Assembly: GCA_039586365.1 (NCBI GenBank)
Contig: JBDHKN010000035.1
Span: forward strand, 8,124-72,123
Direction: 5' to 3'
DNA length: 64,000 bases
From: Gemmatimonadota bacterium
GTDB taxonomy: Bacteria; Gemmatimonadota; Gemmatimonadetes; Gemmatimonadales; GWC2-71-9
Shown: positions 39,806-49,121 of the stretch, piece by piece
How the letters are laid out: every line of letters starts with the position of its first letter
Numbering within the stretch: the stretch's first letter is position 1
Notes under the pieces: model-generated
Seen by the model: the letters and a program-made list of their open reading frames with translations, nothing else
Told to the model about the DNA's origin: nothing
The model's database searches: none
Made by a program: the position numbers and the translations under genes

Positions 39806-39994
39806 CTAATACCTGTACGGGCGACGTCTCTTCCGTTTGGCGGCATTGATCTTCCTCTTGCGCCGCTCGCTCGGCTTTTCATAATGGCGGTGCTTACGAA
39901 GATCCGAGAGGATGCCAGCCTTCTCACATTTCTTCTTGAAACGGCGCAGCGCGCGCTCGAAGGACTCATCTTCGCTGATCAGTACTTCCGCCAT
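39806..39994 (-). CDS. rpsU: 30S ribosomal protein S21
   Basis: [12 protein letters not shown]...[12 protein letters not shown]. Confidence 0.97.
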   Translation of the reverse strand: MAEVLISEDESFERALRRFKKKCEKAGILSDLRKHRHYEKPSERRKRKINAAKRKRRRPYRY

Positions 39995-40079
39995 CAATCT
40001 CCTGCCACTGGGACTCAAATGCGAAGAGGATACGCAGAATTCCCAATTTAGAACTGGCTCCGCCTAATCTCAAGGAGCA

Positions 40080-40424
40080 TCACCCTGGTGGCCACCTCAT
40101 CACCCGCCCCCCCAACACGTGCGCGTGGAGGTGAAACACCGTCTGCCCCGCATCCGCATTCGTGTTGATTACAACTCGATAGCCACGCTCACCGAGGGCC
40201 TCATTGCTGGCGATCTTCTTGGCGAACAGCAGTAGCCCCCCCAGCGTGTCGGCCTCTTCGGCCTCGTTTAGCGACGTCACATGTTCGCGCGGGATGACCA
40301 GAACATGCGTTGGAGCCTGAGGATTGATGTCTCGGAAGGCAAAGAACTGGTCGTCTTGAGCAACTGGCGTCGCTGGGATTTCGCCTGCAGCGATCTTGCA
40401 GAACAGACAGTCTGTCGCGGTCAC
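40080..40424 (-). CDS. Histidine triad nucleotide-binding protein (HinT-like)
   Basis: DCLFCKI, DINPQAPTH, GQTVFHLHAH, WPPG. Confidence 0.95.
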   Translation of the reverse strand: MTATDCLFCKIAAGEIPATPVAQDDQFFAFRDINPQAPTHVLVIPREHVTSLNEAEEADTLGGLLLFAKKIASNEALGERGYRVVINTNADAGQTVFHLHAHVLGGRVMRWPPG

Positions 40425-41572
40425 GCCCCGAAAGCCTCTTTCATTCGGTTCCAGATCCGTCGGCCGATACTGTCCTCCTCCGGAGGATCCCCCTCCAGAT
40501 CGGAGAGCCGCTCGAACAGCTCCCTCAGTTCGGCAGTGAGCTTGGCAGGCGTCCACACCTGGACATGAACATGCAGTGTGCCACGCTTCCCCGAATTCAG
40601 ATTGGGAAGTCCCTTCCCATGCTGCGGTAGAATGGTGCCCGATTGGGTTCCAGGAGGAACCTCTATCATCTCGTCACCGTACGGAGTGGGGATGCTGAAT
40701 TCTGCACCCAACGCTGCTTGGCTGAAGGCAACCTGAAGATTGTAAATCAGGTCGTCGCCATGTCGCTCGAACCGCGGGTCATCTTCCAACTCCAGCTCTA
40801 CCAGTAAGTCGCCCGGGGGTCCATTTCGCGGCCCCGCAGCACCTTTTCCCCGCAGTGTGAGGTAGTTCTCGCGCGCGACTCCGGGAGGTACCTCGATGTC
40901 CACCACCGACTCTGAGCGGACTCTGCCGTCACCACGACACTCCTCACAAGGTTCTGAGATGACCGTGCCATCTCCGTTGCAGCTCGGACAGGTCGTGACG
41001 GAAACGAGCTGACCGAACAGCGACTGCTGGGCACGACGGACCTCACCTACTCCACCGCAGGTTTGACACACGCGCGTGGAGCTGCTGGGTTCCGCTCCTG
41101 TTCCGTCGCAGCGTTTGCACTGCTGTAACGACTTGAGCTTTATCTTGCGTGTTGTCCCGTGCGCGATGTCCTCCAAACCGAGGCGAAGCGATACACGGAT
41201 GTCTTGACCGCGATGCCGAGTTCTCCTACCGCGCTGGCCTCCACCGAAGAACGCATCGAATCCACCCAAGTTGCCGAAATCGCGCATGAACATGCTGAGC
41301 GCTTCTGAAAGATCGAAGGGATGGAACCCGTAACCGCCAGCGGCACCACCCTTGAGACCGGCCATCCCATATCTGTCGTAAGCCGCGCGCTTCTGGGGAT
41401 CGTTCAGAACGTCATACGCCTCGCTCACGTCCTTGAAACGCTCTTCCGCCTGTTTGGAGCCTTCATTTCTGTCCGGATGGTACTGCATCGCCAGCTTCCG
41501 ATACGCCTTCTTGATCTCGTCAGCCGACGCATCGCGCGAAACGCCAAGTGTCTGGTAGAAATCCTGTGTCAT
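40421..41572 (-). CDS. dnaJ: Chaperone DnaJ
   Basis: HPD J-domain, G/F-rich region, four CxxCxGxG repeats. Confidence 0.97.
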   Translation of the reverse strand: MTQDFYQTLGVSRDASADEIKKAYRKLAMQYHPDRNEGSKQAEERFKDVSEAYDVLNDPQKRAAYDRYGMAGLKGGAAGGYGFHPFDLSEALSMFMRDFGNLGGFDAFFGGGQRGRRTRHRGQDIRVSLRLGLEDIAHGTTRKIKLKSLQQCKRCDGTGAEPSSSTRVCQTCGGVGEVRRAQQSLFGQLVSVTTCPSCNGDGTVISEPCEECRGDGRVRSESVVDIEVPPGVARENYLTLRGKGAAGPRNGPPGDLLVELELEDDPRFERHGDDLIYNLQVAFSQAALGAEFSIPTPYGDEMIEVPPGTQSGTILPQHGKGLPNLNSGKRGTLHVHVQVWTPAKLTAELRELFERLSDLEGDPPEEDSIGRRIWNRMKEAFGA

Positions 41573-41583
41573 CGCAGTTGGCG

Positions 41584-42618
41584 CTAGTGGACGAGGTCAC
41601 TCATGAGACGGCTAGCGTGTTCCACCAGCGCAACGACCTTTCGGTAGGGCATCCGGGTCGGGCCCATGACGCCAATGACGCCGGAGAGCGACCCGGACAC
41701 ATAGGTCGACGTGACCAACGTGAATTCGCTCAGCTTGGGGTTCAGGTTCTCGCCACCTATGGTAACGGTTAATCCGGGTCCGTTCCGCTGCTCCAGGGCC
41801 TTACGCAACGGATCTCGCTGTTCGGTCAGTTCCAGCAACGTGCGCATGCGGACGTTGGAGCTGAACTCAGGTTGGTCCGCCAACATCTGAGCGCTGCTTA
41901 GCACCACTGAACCGCTCTCAGATTCCTGGGAGTGAAACAGGGATTCGGCCTCTTCGACAAAGATGTTGAGGAGTTCATGGCCTTGCGCTACCACCGAGGC
42001 GTCCTGTAGGCGTTCGCGCAGCGTTCTCCTGACTTCCAACAGTGTTTGTCCGGCCAGGCGCTCGTTGAGAACCCGAGCCAGACTGTCAAGTGCTTCACGC
42101 GGCAGTGCATTGCTGACCTCGACAAAGATGGTCTTGGCAGCACCACCCCTCAGCAGCAGGACGATCAAGATACGCTCAGCCGACACGCTCAGGAGTTCCA
42201 GCCGCTCCAGCAGGGCATCGTCAAATGAAGGTGCGACCGCAACACCGAGTTCTTGGGTGAGCACCCCCAATACCTGAGCAGCGTTCTTGAGGATGCCCTC
42301 AATGGCTGTGGCATCACTGCGAAGTTCCCGCAACAGCGCGTCCTGCTCCATCGGAGTCGGAGTCGAGCGTTCCATGAGACTGTCCACGTACACGCGGTAG
42401 GCCCGGTCCGTCGGTATCCGACCAGCAGACGTGTGCGGGTGATAGAGGTATCCGCGCTCCTCTAGGTCGCTCATCGTGTTTCGCACCGTGGCGGCGGACA
42501 CTCCGAGCTTGAACCGTTTTGCTATGCTGCGCGACCCAGCAGGCTCCGCAGACTCAACGTAGCTCACGATGACCGCCTCAAGGACCTGCCGTTCGCGCTC
42601 AGTCAAATCATCCAGCAT
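41584..42618 (-). CDS. hrcA: Heat-inducible repressor HrcA
   Basis: SAATVRNTM, PHTSAGRIPT, GPTRMPY. Confidence 0.96.
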   Translation of the reverse strand: MLDDLTERERQVLEAVIVSYVESAEPAGSRSIAKRFKLGVSAATVRNTMSDLEERGYLYHPHTSAGRIPTDRAYRVYVDSLMERSTPTPMEQDALLRELRSDATAIEGILKNAAQVLGVLTQELGVAVAPSFDDALLERLELLSVSAERILIVLLLRGGAAKTIFVEVSNALPREALDSLARVLNERLAGQTLLEVRRTLRERLQDASVVAQGHELLNIFVEEAESLFHSQESESGSVVLSSAQMLADQPEFSSNVRMRTLLELTEQRDPLRKALEQRNGPGLTVTIGGENLNPKLSEFTLVTSTYVSGSLSGVIGVMGPTRMPYRKVVALVEHASRLMSDLVH

Positions 42619-42647
42619 ATTACTCCAAGTCATGATCGGACAATAAA

Positions 42648-43847
42648 TTAGCCACCTTTGCCCGAGGTGGTCAAGGCAGCCACCAATGCGTCCAACCGGA
42701 GCCATCCTGCCGGGGTCAACCGGGCCATGCCTGCAGCGACTACCATCCAGCCGCTGTCGAGCGCGGCCTCCAGCACCGTCGGCTCCAGATCACCCAGACC
42801 ATCATACCGGAGACCCTTTGCAGTGCGCAGTGACAAGTAAACTCGCTCCAAGCGTTGCTGATCCGGTGTCAGCCGCTCTCGCCCGGCGACGGGTAGACTG
42901 CCAGTGACCACAACTCTCTCGTACTCGGCCCAATTACGTACGTTCCACGACCGCTCAACACCGTCGAAGCTGTGTGCGGCAGGCCCCAGCGCTCCATAAG
43001 GCACCCCGCACCAATAGGCGCGGTTGTGCTGGGACTCGTGGCCCGGTCGGGCGTAGCTGGAGACTTCATAGTGGTGGTATCCGGCGCCGCTCAGTATCTC
43101 ATGCGCCAGCATGAACTCATCCGTATAGCGACCTTCGGCAACCGGGACTGCGTCGCCTCGTGCAATCCAGCGCGACAGCGGCGTCTTCGGCTCTACCGCC
43201 AGGCCATATGCCGAGATGTGATCGGGGCCCAGCTCCACTGCTCTGTGCAGATCGGCTGCAAAGTCCGCCTGTAGCTCACGCGGCAAGGCGAATATCAGGT
43301 CCAGTGAGACGGACTCGATGCGACTCTGCTGCAACAGTCTCACGGCATCGCTAGCCTGCTCGGCCCGGTGAGTCCGATGCATCCAGTCCAAGACACGCTG
43401 GTCAAACGATTGGACGCCGAGTGAGACGCGATTCACACCGGCCGAGAGCCAGTTCTCTACGGCACGTGGGTAGACGTCTTCCGGATTGGCCTCCAGGGTC
43501 ACCTCTGGTTCTGCGCGGCCGTGCCGTGCCAAGCCTGGATGGTGAGGGACGGTGAATGGCGGTGAAGGACGGTGAAGGATCGGGCTCTCACTGCTGTCAC
43601 GCACCAGGAAGTGAGTGACGATTCGTGCCACCTGCTCGGGCGGGAGCTTGGAGGGAGTGCCACCACCTAGGTACAACGTTTCAAGCGGCGCTGCGTCCCA
43701 CGCACCGTGCAATCGCTTCAGGTCGTGCTCTTTGAGTACTGCAGCGACATAGCGGCCCGCCGGGATCTCCCGCCGCACTGCGATGGCAAAGTCGCAATAC
43801 GAGCATCTGCGGCTGCAGAACGGCACATGGATGTAGAGGTGCTGCAT
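42648..43847 (-). CDS. hemW: Radical SAM heme chaperone HemW
   Basis: LYIHVPFCSRRCSYCDF, GGGTPS, HNRAYW; upstream of hrcA. Confidence 0.92.
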   Translation of the reverse strand: MQHLYIHVPFCSRRCSYCDFAIAVRREIPAGRYVAAVLKEHDLKRLHGAWDAAPLETLYLGGGTPSKLPPEQVARIVTHFLVRDSSESPILHRPSPPFTVPHHPGLARHGRAEPEVTLEANPEDVYPRAVENWLSAGVNRVSLGVQSFDQRVLDWMHRTHRAEQASDAVRLLQQSRIESVSLDLIFALPRELQADFAADLHRAVELGPDHISAYGLAVEPKTPLSRWIARGDAVPVAEGRYTDEFMLAHEILSGAGYHHYEVSSYARPGHESQHNRAYWCGVPYGALGPAAHSFDGVERSWNVRNWAEYERVVVTGSLPVAGRERLTPDQQRLERVYLSLRTAKGLRYDGLGDLEPTVLEAALDSGWMVVAAGMARLTPAGWLRLDALVAALTTSGKGG

Positions 43848-43860
43848 ACAAACTGACAGC

Positions 43861-44958
43861 TTACAGCCGACAACTGCCAACCGCCATGCGAAACATTTTG
43901 CCGGGTTCCTGGTCGACCAGGCCGCGGATCTCCAGCGAAGTCAATGCGGCAAGCGCCTCGCCAGCGGATGTGCCCAGCTGCTGCGCTATCTCGTCCACCT
44001 GTTCGGCACCCAGTTCCAGAGCATCGATCGCACGTCTTTCTGTCTCGGTTAGGTCATTCGGGAGCGACATGCCGGGTCGGCCCTTGCCTGAGATCCCATA
44101 TTCCTCTAGGACGTCCCGTAGACCGAGAGCGGGCTTCGCTCCATGCTGGATGAGTCGGTTACAGCCGAGCGACAAGGGACTTGTGATCGGACCCGGTACC
44201 GCAAGCACTTCCTTCCCTTGCGCCAAGGCACAATCTGCAGTGATCAACGTACCGGATCGCTCACCGGCCTCGACCACCAGAGTGACCATGGCCAATCCGC
44301 TGATCAGTCGATTACGGCGCGGGAAGCTCCCGGCGCTCGGTCGCTCACCCGGAGGGAACTCGGTGACAATGCAGCCTGCAACCGCGATTCTGTCATAGAG
44401 AGCGCGGTTGGCAGCTGGATACACCACTCCCAGCCCGTTTCCTAGCACTCCGACAGTGCCACCACCACTATCCAGGGCTGCCTCGTGTGCGATTCGGTCT
44501 AAGCCGCGCGCCATACCGCTCACTACGACCAGGCCCGCACGGCTCGACCCTCCTGCGAACATCCTGCAGACCCCAGCGCCATATCTGCTGTGCGATCTAC
44601 TCCCGACCACAGCGACACTGGCAGTATTGAGGTAATCCAGCCGGCCGACTGCAAACAGGAGCGTGGGGGCATCGGGGATCTCACGGAGGCTGGCTGGGAA
44701 GTCCTTGCCGGTTGGCAGCAGGACGTGACCACCCAAGTCTCGAGTCTGTTGCACGACCCGCTCACCCAACCCCGGCGTTGCTTCACCGATCGCGGTAGCT
44801 GCAGCACGGCTGATCGACGATACGCTCAGCAACTGCTGAGACGAAGCGCCCAGAACCGCGTCAGCAGTCCGGAACCGCGCCAGCAGCATTTCGAGCCTAG
44901 CTCGACCTATCCCGGGCACGAGTGCGAGTGTGACATAAGCGATGTCGGCCTGATTCAC
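43861..44958 (-). CDS. dprA: DNA-processing protein DprA
   Basis: VVGSR, SGMARGLD, FPRRNRLISGL, C-terminal winged helix. Confidence 0.96.
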   Translation of the reverse strand: MNQADIAYVTLALVPGIGRARLEMLLARFRTADAVLGASSQQLLSVSSISRAAATAIGEATPGLGERVVQQTRDLGGHVLLPTGKDFPASLREIPDAPTLLFAVGRLDYLNTASVAVVGSRSHSRYGAGVCRMFAGGSSRAGLVVVSGMARGLDRIAHEAALDSGGGTVGVLGNGLGVVYPAANRALYDRIAVAGCIVTEFPPGERPSAGSFPRRNRLISGLAMVTLVVEAGERSGTLITADCALAQGKEVLAVPGPITSPLSLGCNRLIQHGAKPALGLRDVLEEYGISGKGRPGMSLPNDLTETERRAIDALELGAEQVDEIAQQLGTSAGEALAALTSLEIRGLVDQEPGKMFRMAVGSCRL

Positions 44959-45977
44959 GGTAGGGGTACCGCCTGATCTGGATCGGGCTGTTCGCGGGGC
45001 CGGGTCAGCAACTGCCAGACGCTCTCCTTGAGTTCGCCCAAGCCCCGGTTGGCAGCAGCTGAGACCAGCAAAATGTCTGTGGCGCCGGGGGCAGCCAGCT
45101 TAGGTGGCTCCTCATTCGGCGGCAGAAGGTCGGCTTTGGTGAGCGCCACGATGTACGGTTTGTTTGCCAGTGCCGGGTCGTAGGCGCGAGCCTCATGCCG
45201 AATCACGTCCAGGCTCGCTTGCGGGTCAGGAGCGTCTAGCGGTACCAGGCAAACCACCACCCGAGTCCTTTCGACGTGCTGCAGGAACTTGTGGCCTAGC
45301 CCCTTGCCCTCATGCGCCCCTGCGATGATGCCAGGGATATCCGCGAGCACGAAGGAGCGCCCTTCAGCGAGCCCCACAACTCCGAGATGCGGCTCCAGCG
45401 TTGTAAATGGGTAATCAGCGATCTTCGGCCGCGCCGCAGACAGCGTAGCTAGCAGTGTGCTCTTGCCTGCGTTCGGCTCACCGAGGAGCCCTGCATCGGC
45501 AATGAGCTTCAGCACTAACTCTATCCGCCGGTCTTCTCCCGATTCACCCGGTTCCCACTCACGCGGTGCCTGATGGGTTGACGTAGCGAAGGCCGCGTTA
45601 CCGCGTCCGCCCCGACCACCTCTTGCCACGCAGACTGTCTGCCCTGGCGCCAGCAGCTCGGCGATCAACTCCCCGCTGCCTGCATCGGTTACCACGGTCC
45701 CCGGTGGAACGGGGAGATACTCGTCCGCCCCGGACCTTCCAGTCTTGTTGGAGCCCTTGCCATGCTGCCCCCGCTCGGCCTTCCAATGCGTGCGGTAGCG
45801 GTAGTCCAGGAGGGTGGAGAGTTGGGGGGCGACTACGACGAACACACTGCCGCCGGCGCCTCCGTCGCCTCCGTCCGGACCTCCCTTCGGCACGAACCTC
45901 TCACGGCGAAACGAGGTGCAGCCGGAGCCGCCTATGCCGCCGGTGACGTGGATTGTGGCGCGGTCGATGAAGGTCAT
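44955..45977 (-). CDS. obgE: GTPase ObgE
   Basis: FRRERFVPKGGPDGGDGG, GEPNAGKS, DYPFTT, DIPG, TKAD. Confidence 0.97.
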   Translation of the reverse strand: MTFIDRATIHVTGGIGGSGCTSFRRERFVPKGGPDGGDGGAGGSVFVVVAPQLSTLLDYRYRTHWKAERGQHGKGSNKTGRSGADEYLPVPPGTVVTDAGSGELIAELLAPGQTVCVARGGRGGRGNAAFATSTHQAPREWEPGESGEDRRIELVLKLIADAGLLGEPNAGKSTLLATLSAARPKIADYPFTTLEPHLGVVGLAEGRSFVLADIPGIIAGAHEGKGLGHKFLQHVERTRVVVCLVPLDAPDPQASLDVIRHEARAYDPALANKPYIVALTKADLLPPNEEPPKLAAPGATDILLVSAAANRGLGELKESVWQLLTRPREQPDPDQAVPLP

Positions 45978-46101
45978 GATCAGCTGCCGCTGGCAGGTAT
46001 CAACTGGCAGCCGTCAGCAGGCTGCACCGGCTGCTCCGCCCTGTTATGCGAAACGTCTAACAGTCGCATCGCCCAAATCTCTCAGCGCTCTGGCCACGGT
46101 C

Positions 46102-47118
46102 CTAATCGATTCCGCGCCTGCTTAACCCAACGAACGAGACTCCCCCCGTGGGACCAACAGCTCCAACCGCTATTCCCCGTGTGTTGTGGACAGGCAACTC
46201 TGCAAACTGCGGGACGACCGATGAGGGGGCCGGATCAAGCTCCAGTTGGTCCAACACGGCCACCAGCGCGACCATAGCGCTCATTGCATCACCGTCTTCC
46301 ACTTTCAGGGCGATGCCGAGTCCGCGGTCCAGCAGCGCTGCCAGATAGAGACCCTCGGCGCCCACTTTGGCAACCAGCTGCCCTGGATAGGCGAGCATGA
46401 GGTCGGTTGCCAGCCGAGCGGTGCCCGCCACGAGGTGTGGATGCTCCACCATGGCTGAGACCACCGTCCTCTCAGCCACCCCCTCGCCTGCGACGAGTCG
46501 AGCCATAGCCAAAGCCAGGTTGAATAGAGGGAGCGCAAAAGTGACCGCCGTGCAGCCATCGATGCCTTCTCTGATGGCCGATTCTGACAATCCACTCCAC
46601 CGCGCCAACTCACGCTTGATACGCTGCTGGACCGGGTGGCCCGACGCCTGATAGCCTTCCGTCTCCCAATCGTGGTGTCGCGCCAGTGCCAGCATACCGG
46701 TGTGTTTGCCAGAACAGTTGCTCGACAACGGTGCAGCCGGTGCCAGCAGTTCAGGATCGAGCGGCGGAACGGAGTATGTCGCTCCGAGCGCGCGATGAGG
46801 ACCGCAGGCCAGGTCGCTTTCTGCGCAGCCGATCCGCCGTAGGAATTCGGCAACGATCGCCACCTGATCCTGTTCGGAGTTGTGTGATGCGCAGGCAAGT
46901 GCGAGTTCCTGTGACGTGATGCTGAAGCGATCAACCACTCCGTCTTGAACCAGAGGCAGTGCCTGGAATGGCTTCACGGTTGACCGCGTGACAGTAACCA
47001 ACTGAGGGTCACCCGACGACGCCACCAGCCTGGCGTCAGGGGTAACGATGGCGACGGAGACGCGGTGAACAGATTCGATGATGCCAGAGCGGGTCGATTC
47101 AATTCGTAGTTCACTCAT
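46102..47118 (-). CDS. Asparaginase II family (rhizobial AnsA-type, class 3)
   Basis: RSTVKPFQA, CASH, NCSGKH, DGC, KVGAEG, KVEDG. Confidence 0.9.
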   Translation of the reverse strand: MSELRIESTRSGIIESVHRVSVAIVTPDARLVASSGDPQLVTVTRSTVKPFQALPLVQDGVVDRFSITSQELALACASHNSEQDQVAIVAEFLRRIGCAESDLACGPHRALGATYSVPPLDPELLAPAAPLSSNCSGKHTGMLALARHHDWETEGYQASGHPVQQRIKRELARWSGLSESAIREGIDGCTAVTFALPLFNLALAMARLVAGEGVAERTVVSAMVEHPHLVAGTARLATDLMLAYPGQLVAKVGAEGLYLAALLDRGLGIALKVEDGDAMSAMVALVAVLDQLELDPAPSSVVPQFAELPVHNTRGIAVGAVGPTGGVSFVGLSRRGID

Positions 47119-47407
47119 TGGTGGCTGAAGATAGGTGCACAGGTGCGTGGGTGCATAGGGGCATGGTCGGAGTGGGGAAGGAAACGCTGGTACAGGAGCC
47201 CATACATTCGCAGATCGAGCGCGGCCACACCGTTTCATCTGACAGCGTGGGGAGGAACTGGGTTGGCTAGGTACCATCGGGCGGTGGCGGGTCAGGGTGC
47301 TCCCGCCGGGGTTAAGCGATGGAGTGTGGGGTCCTCCTTGACTTGTCACTGCCCCCTGACCACCTATTCTGGACATCGGTAGTACCTGCACAGAAGGAGA
47401 ACCCAGA

Positions 47408-47791
47408 GTGCGCAGGATCTTGACGCTCGGTCTCATGGCCGGTGTGCTAGCAGCATCCGGCCCATTAACCGCATGCGGAGGCCTGGGCCCGGACGACATC
47501 GCGGGTCGATACGTACTGACGTACGCCCAGGGCATGGAAGTCCCGACCACGGTTGAGGTCGGAGAACTCATTTTCGACATCATCGGCGGCTGGTGGCAGC
47601 TCAACAGTGACCGCACCTGGTCATCCCACCTGGAAACCGACCAGACTATCTCGGACGACTCCGGAACTTATGAGAATGACGGAGAGTTCGTGACATTCTC
47701 CAACGACACGCCGTTCGAGACAATAGGGACCATAGACGGGGATCGCCTCATTGTTGTGGAGGGCGAGCTAGTACTGATATTTGTGAGGTGA
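47408..47791 (+). CDS. Small lipocalin-like lipoprotein
   Basis: AAGGAG RBS; lipobox LTAC; IAGRYVL, DSGTY beta-rich pattern. Confidence 0.7.
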   Translation: MRRILTLGLMAGVLAASGPLTACGGLGPDDIAGRYVLTYAQGMEVPTTVEVGELIFDIIGGWWQLNSDRTWSSHLETDQTISDDSGTYENDGEFVTFSNDTPFETIGTIDGDRLIVVEGELVLIFVR

Positions 47792-47853
47792 CGGATCGGC
47801 TATCAGCAATCAGCCGCAAGCCGCTGGCTGTCCGTTGTCAGCCCTACCCTATC

Positions 47854-47885
47854 CGCTTCCCGTACGGGAAGCGTAAAGTTAGAAT
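47854..47885 (+). promoter_or_regulatory. Candidate sigma70 promoter of tRNA-Val, overlapped by a perfect 20-bp palindrome
   Basis: TTCCCG-17 nt-TAGAAT; CGCTTCCCGTACGGGAAGCG at 47854-47873. Confidence 0.5.
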
Positions 47886-47920
47886 GATTGTTGGCCGGTC
47901 GATCCTGCGGCCAACAAATT

Positions 47921-47994
47921 GGGTGGTTAGCTCAGTTGGTTAGAGCGCCGGTCTCACATACCGGAGGTCGGCGGTTCGAATCCGCCACCGCCCA
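47921..47994 (+). tRNA. tRNA-Val(CAC)
   Basis: Acceptor stem GGGTGGT/ACCGCCC, D-arm AGCTCAGTTGGTTAGAGC, anticodon arm CCGGT-CTCACAT-ACCGG, T-loop TTCGAAT; CCA not encoded. Confidence 0.97.
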
Positions 47995-48005
47995 TTGAAC
48001 AAAGC

Positions 48006-48041
48006 GAAGCCCCGCAATCAATTACGTGGTTGTGGGGCTTC
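48006..48041 (+). terminator. Hairpin downstream of the tRNA
   Basis: GAAGCCCCGCAATC...GGTTGTGGGGCTTC. Confidence 0.55.
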
Positions 48042-48091
48042 ATCGACACCGCCAAAACACACCCATCATCGACACCGCCAAAACACACCCA
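48040..48091. repeat. Exact 26-bp tandem duplication next to the tRNA
   Basis: TCATCGACACCGCCAAAACACACCCA x2. Confidence 0.9.
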
Positions 48092-48293
48092 GGCAGGTGC
48101 TATCCCGGCCCCGGCCGCACGCGGCATTTCGCCCCTGCAACGGTTCCTCCAATTAACTGACAGGAGTGGAGCGGTTAACCGTCGTTGAAGCGGCACTTGA
48201 GGTCGTGGGCTCGCCCGTGGGTGATCTTTTTGTTGTCGCCCACCAGCGAGGGCTACGACCTCAGCACTCCAGCAGATCGGTGACGGGCAAGCT

Positions 48294-48539
48294 CTACTTG
48301 GTGGGATCGTACCTGCGATCGCCCGGGACCTCAGTAATGAATGCGGTTCGATGGCAGGGCATACAATCCACCCGCCATATGGGACCCAACGATCCACCGC
48401 CCTCAATTGGTCCCCGAACGCTCAACTCACCCTGGCACAGCGGACAAGCCGGGGGCCCGCCTCGAGCGCCGAGGCTTTCGCGGATCTCCCGGGCCTGCTC
48501 CGGGGAGAACGTAACCGGTGTCTCAGAGTACCTGGAGAT
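48294..48539 (-). CDS. Small zinc-ribbon protein lacking a canonical start (ATC); may be a pseudogene
   Basis: Manual translation: ISRYSETPVTFSPEQAREIRESLGARGGPPACPLCQGEL...WRVDCMPCHRTAFITEVPGDRRYDPTK*; two CxxC pairs. Confidence 0.55.
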   Translation of the reverse strand: MSRYSETPVTFSPEQAREIRESLGARGGPPACPLCQGELSVRGPIEGGGSLGPIWRVDCMPCHRTAFITEVPGDRRYDPTK

Positions 48540-49121
48540 GGCTCACACTCACGCTTGGTCGTTATGAAAACTGCGCTGCGGTCCGGCTGGCCACAATGGC
48601 GGCACCTTGCTTTGGATTGCCGCCAGGTGTTGCGTCAGAGACACGGCTCGTCGTAAGCCAATAATTTCAAACGACATGCGGCGCACATTGCACACCCAAC
48701 ACTGACTTGACCCTGCAACAGGACGAGCGGTTGGGGTCTGCCACAATCAATATTGGTGTGCGTCATCTGCACCGTGCGCCCTGCCCACAGACTCGACGAA
48801 CGCTCGCAGGGTGGTCCTGCTCAATCACACCCCTTCAGTCAGCAGGAAGGCACTGAGGCGGGCCACCTCGTGGGATCCGTTTCGCCACGACGCGTTCACA
48901 CTCAGGTGACCTCGACGCCGAACAAGCGATAGACGAAACATACGCTACGCAAGAGTACCTGGCCCGCTTCATGCAAACCGTCCAGTACCATCGAAATCCT
49001 GCCCGGATGCCGTCCGGGATGTTGCGTTGAAGAAAGGCCGGTTAAGCCAGTGTCCACCAGAGGCGTGAAGACACCGCGCTCGCGAGTCGCAGCGCGCGTG
49101 CAGCCCAACACCCCCCCCACC

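Noticed and set aside
41573..42700. CIRCE element near hrcA/dnaJ
   Set aside because: No TTAGCACTC-N9-GAGTGCTAA found by eye
9909..47118. Many plus-strand ORFs antisense to housekeeping genes
   Set aside because: Typical high-GC shadow frames opposite well-supported genes
47119..47616. N-terminal extension of the 504-aa asparaginase ORF
   Set aside because: It overlaps the opposite-strand lipoprotein and is low complexity; homology begins at ATG 47118
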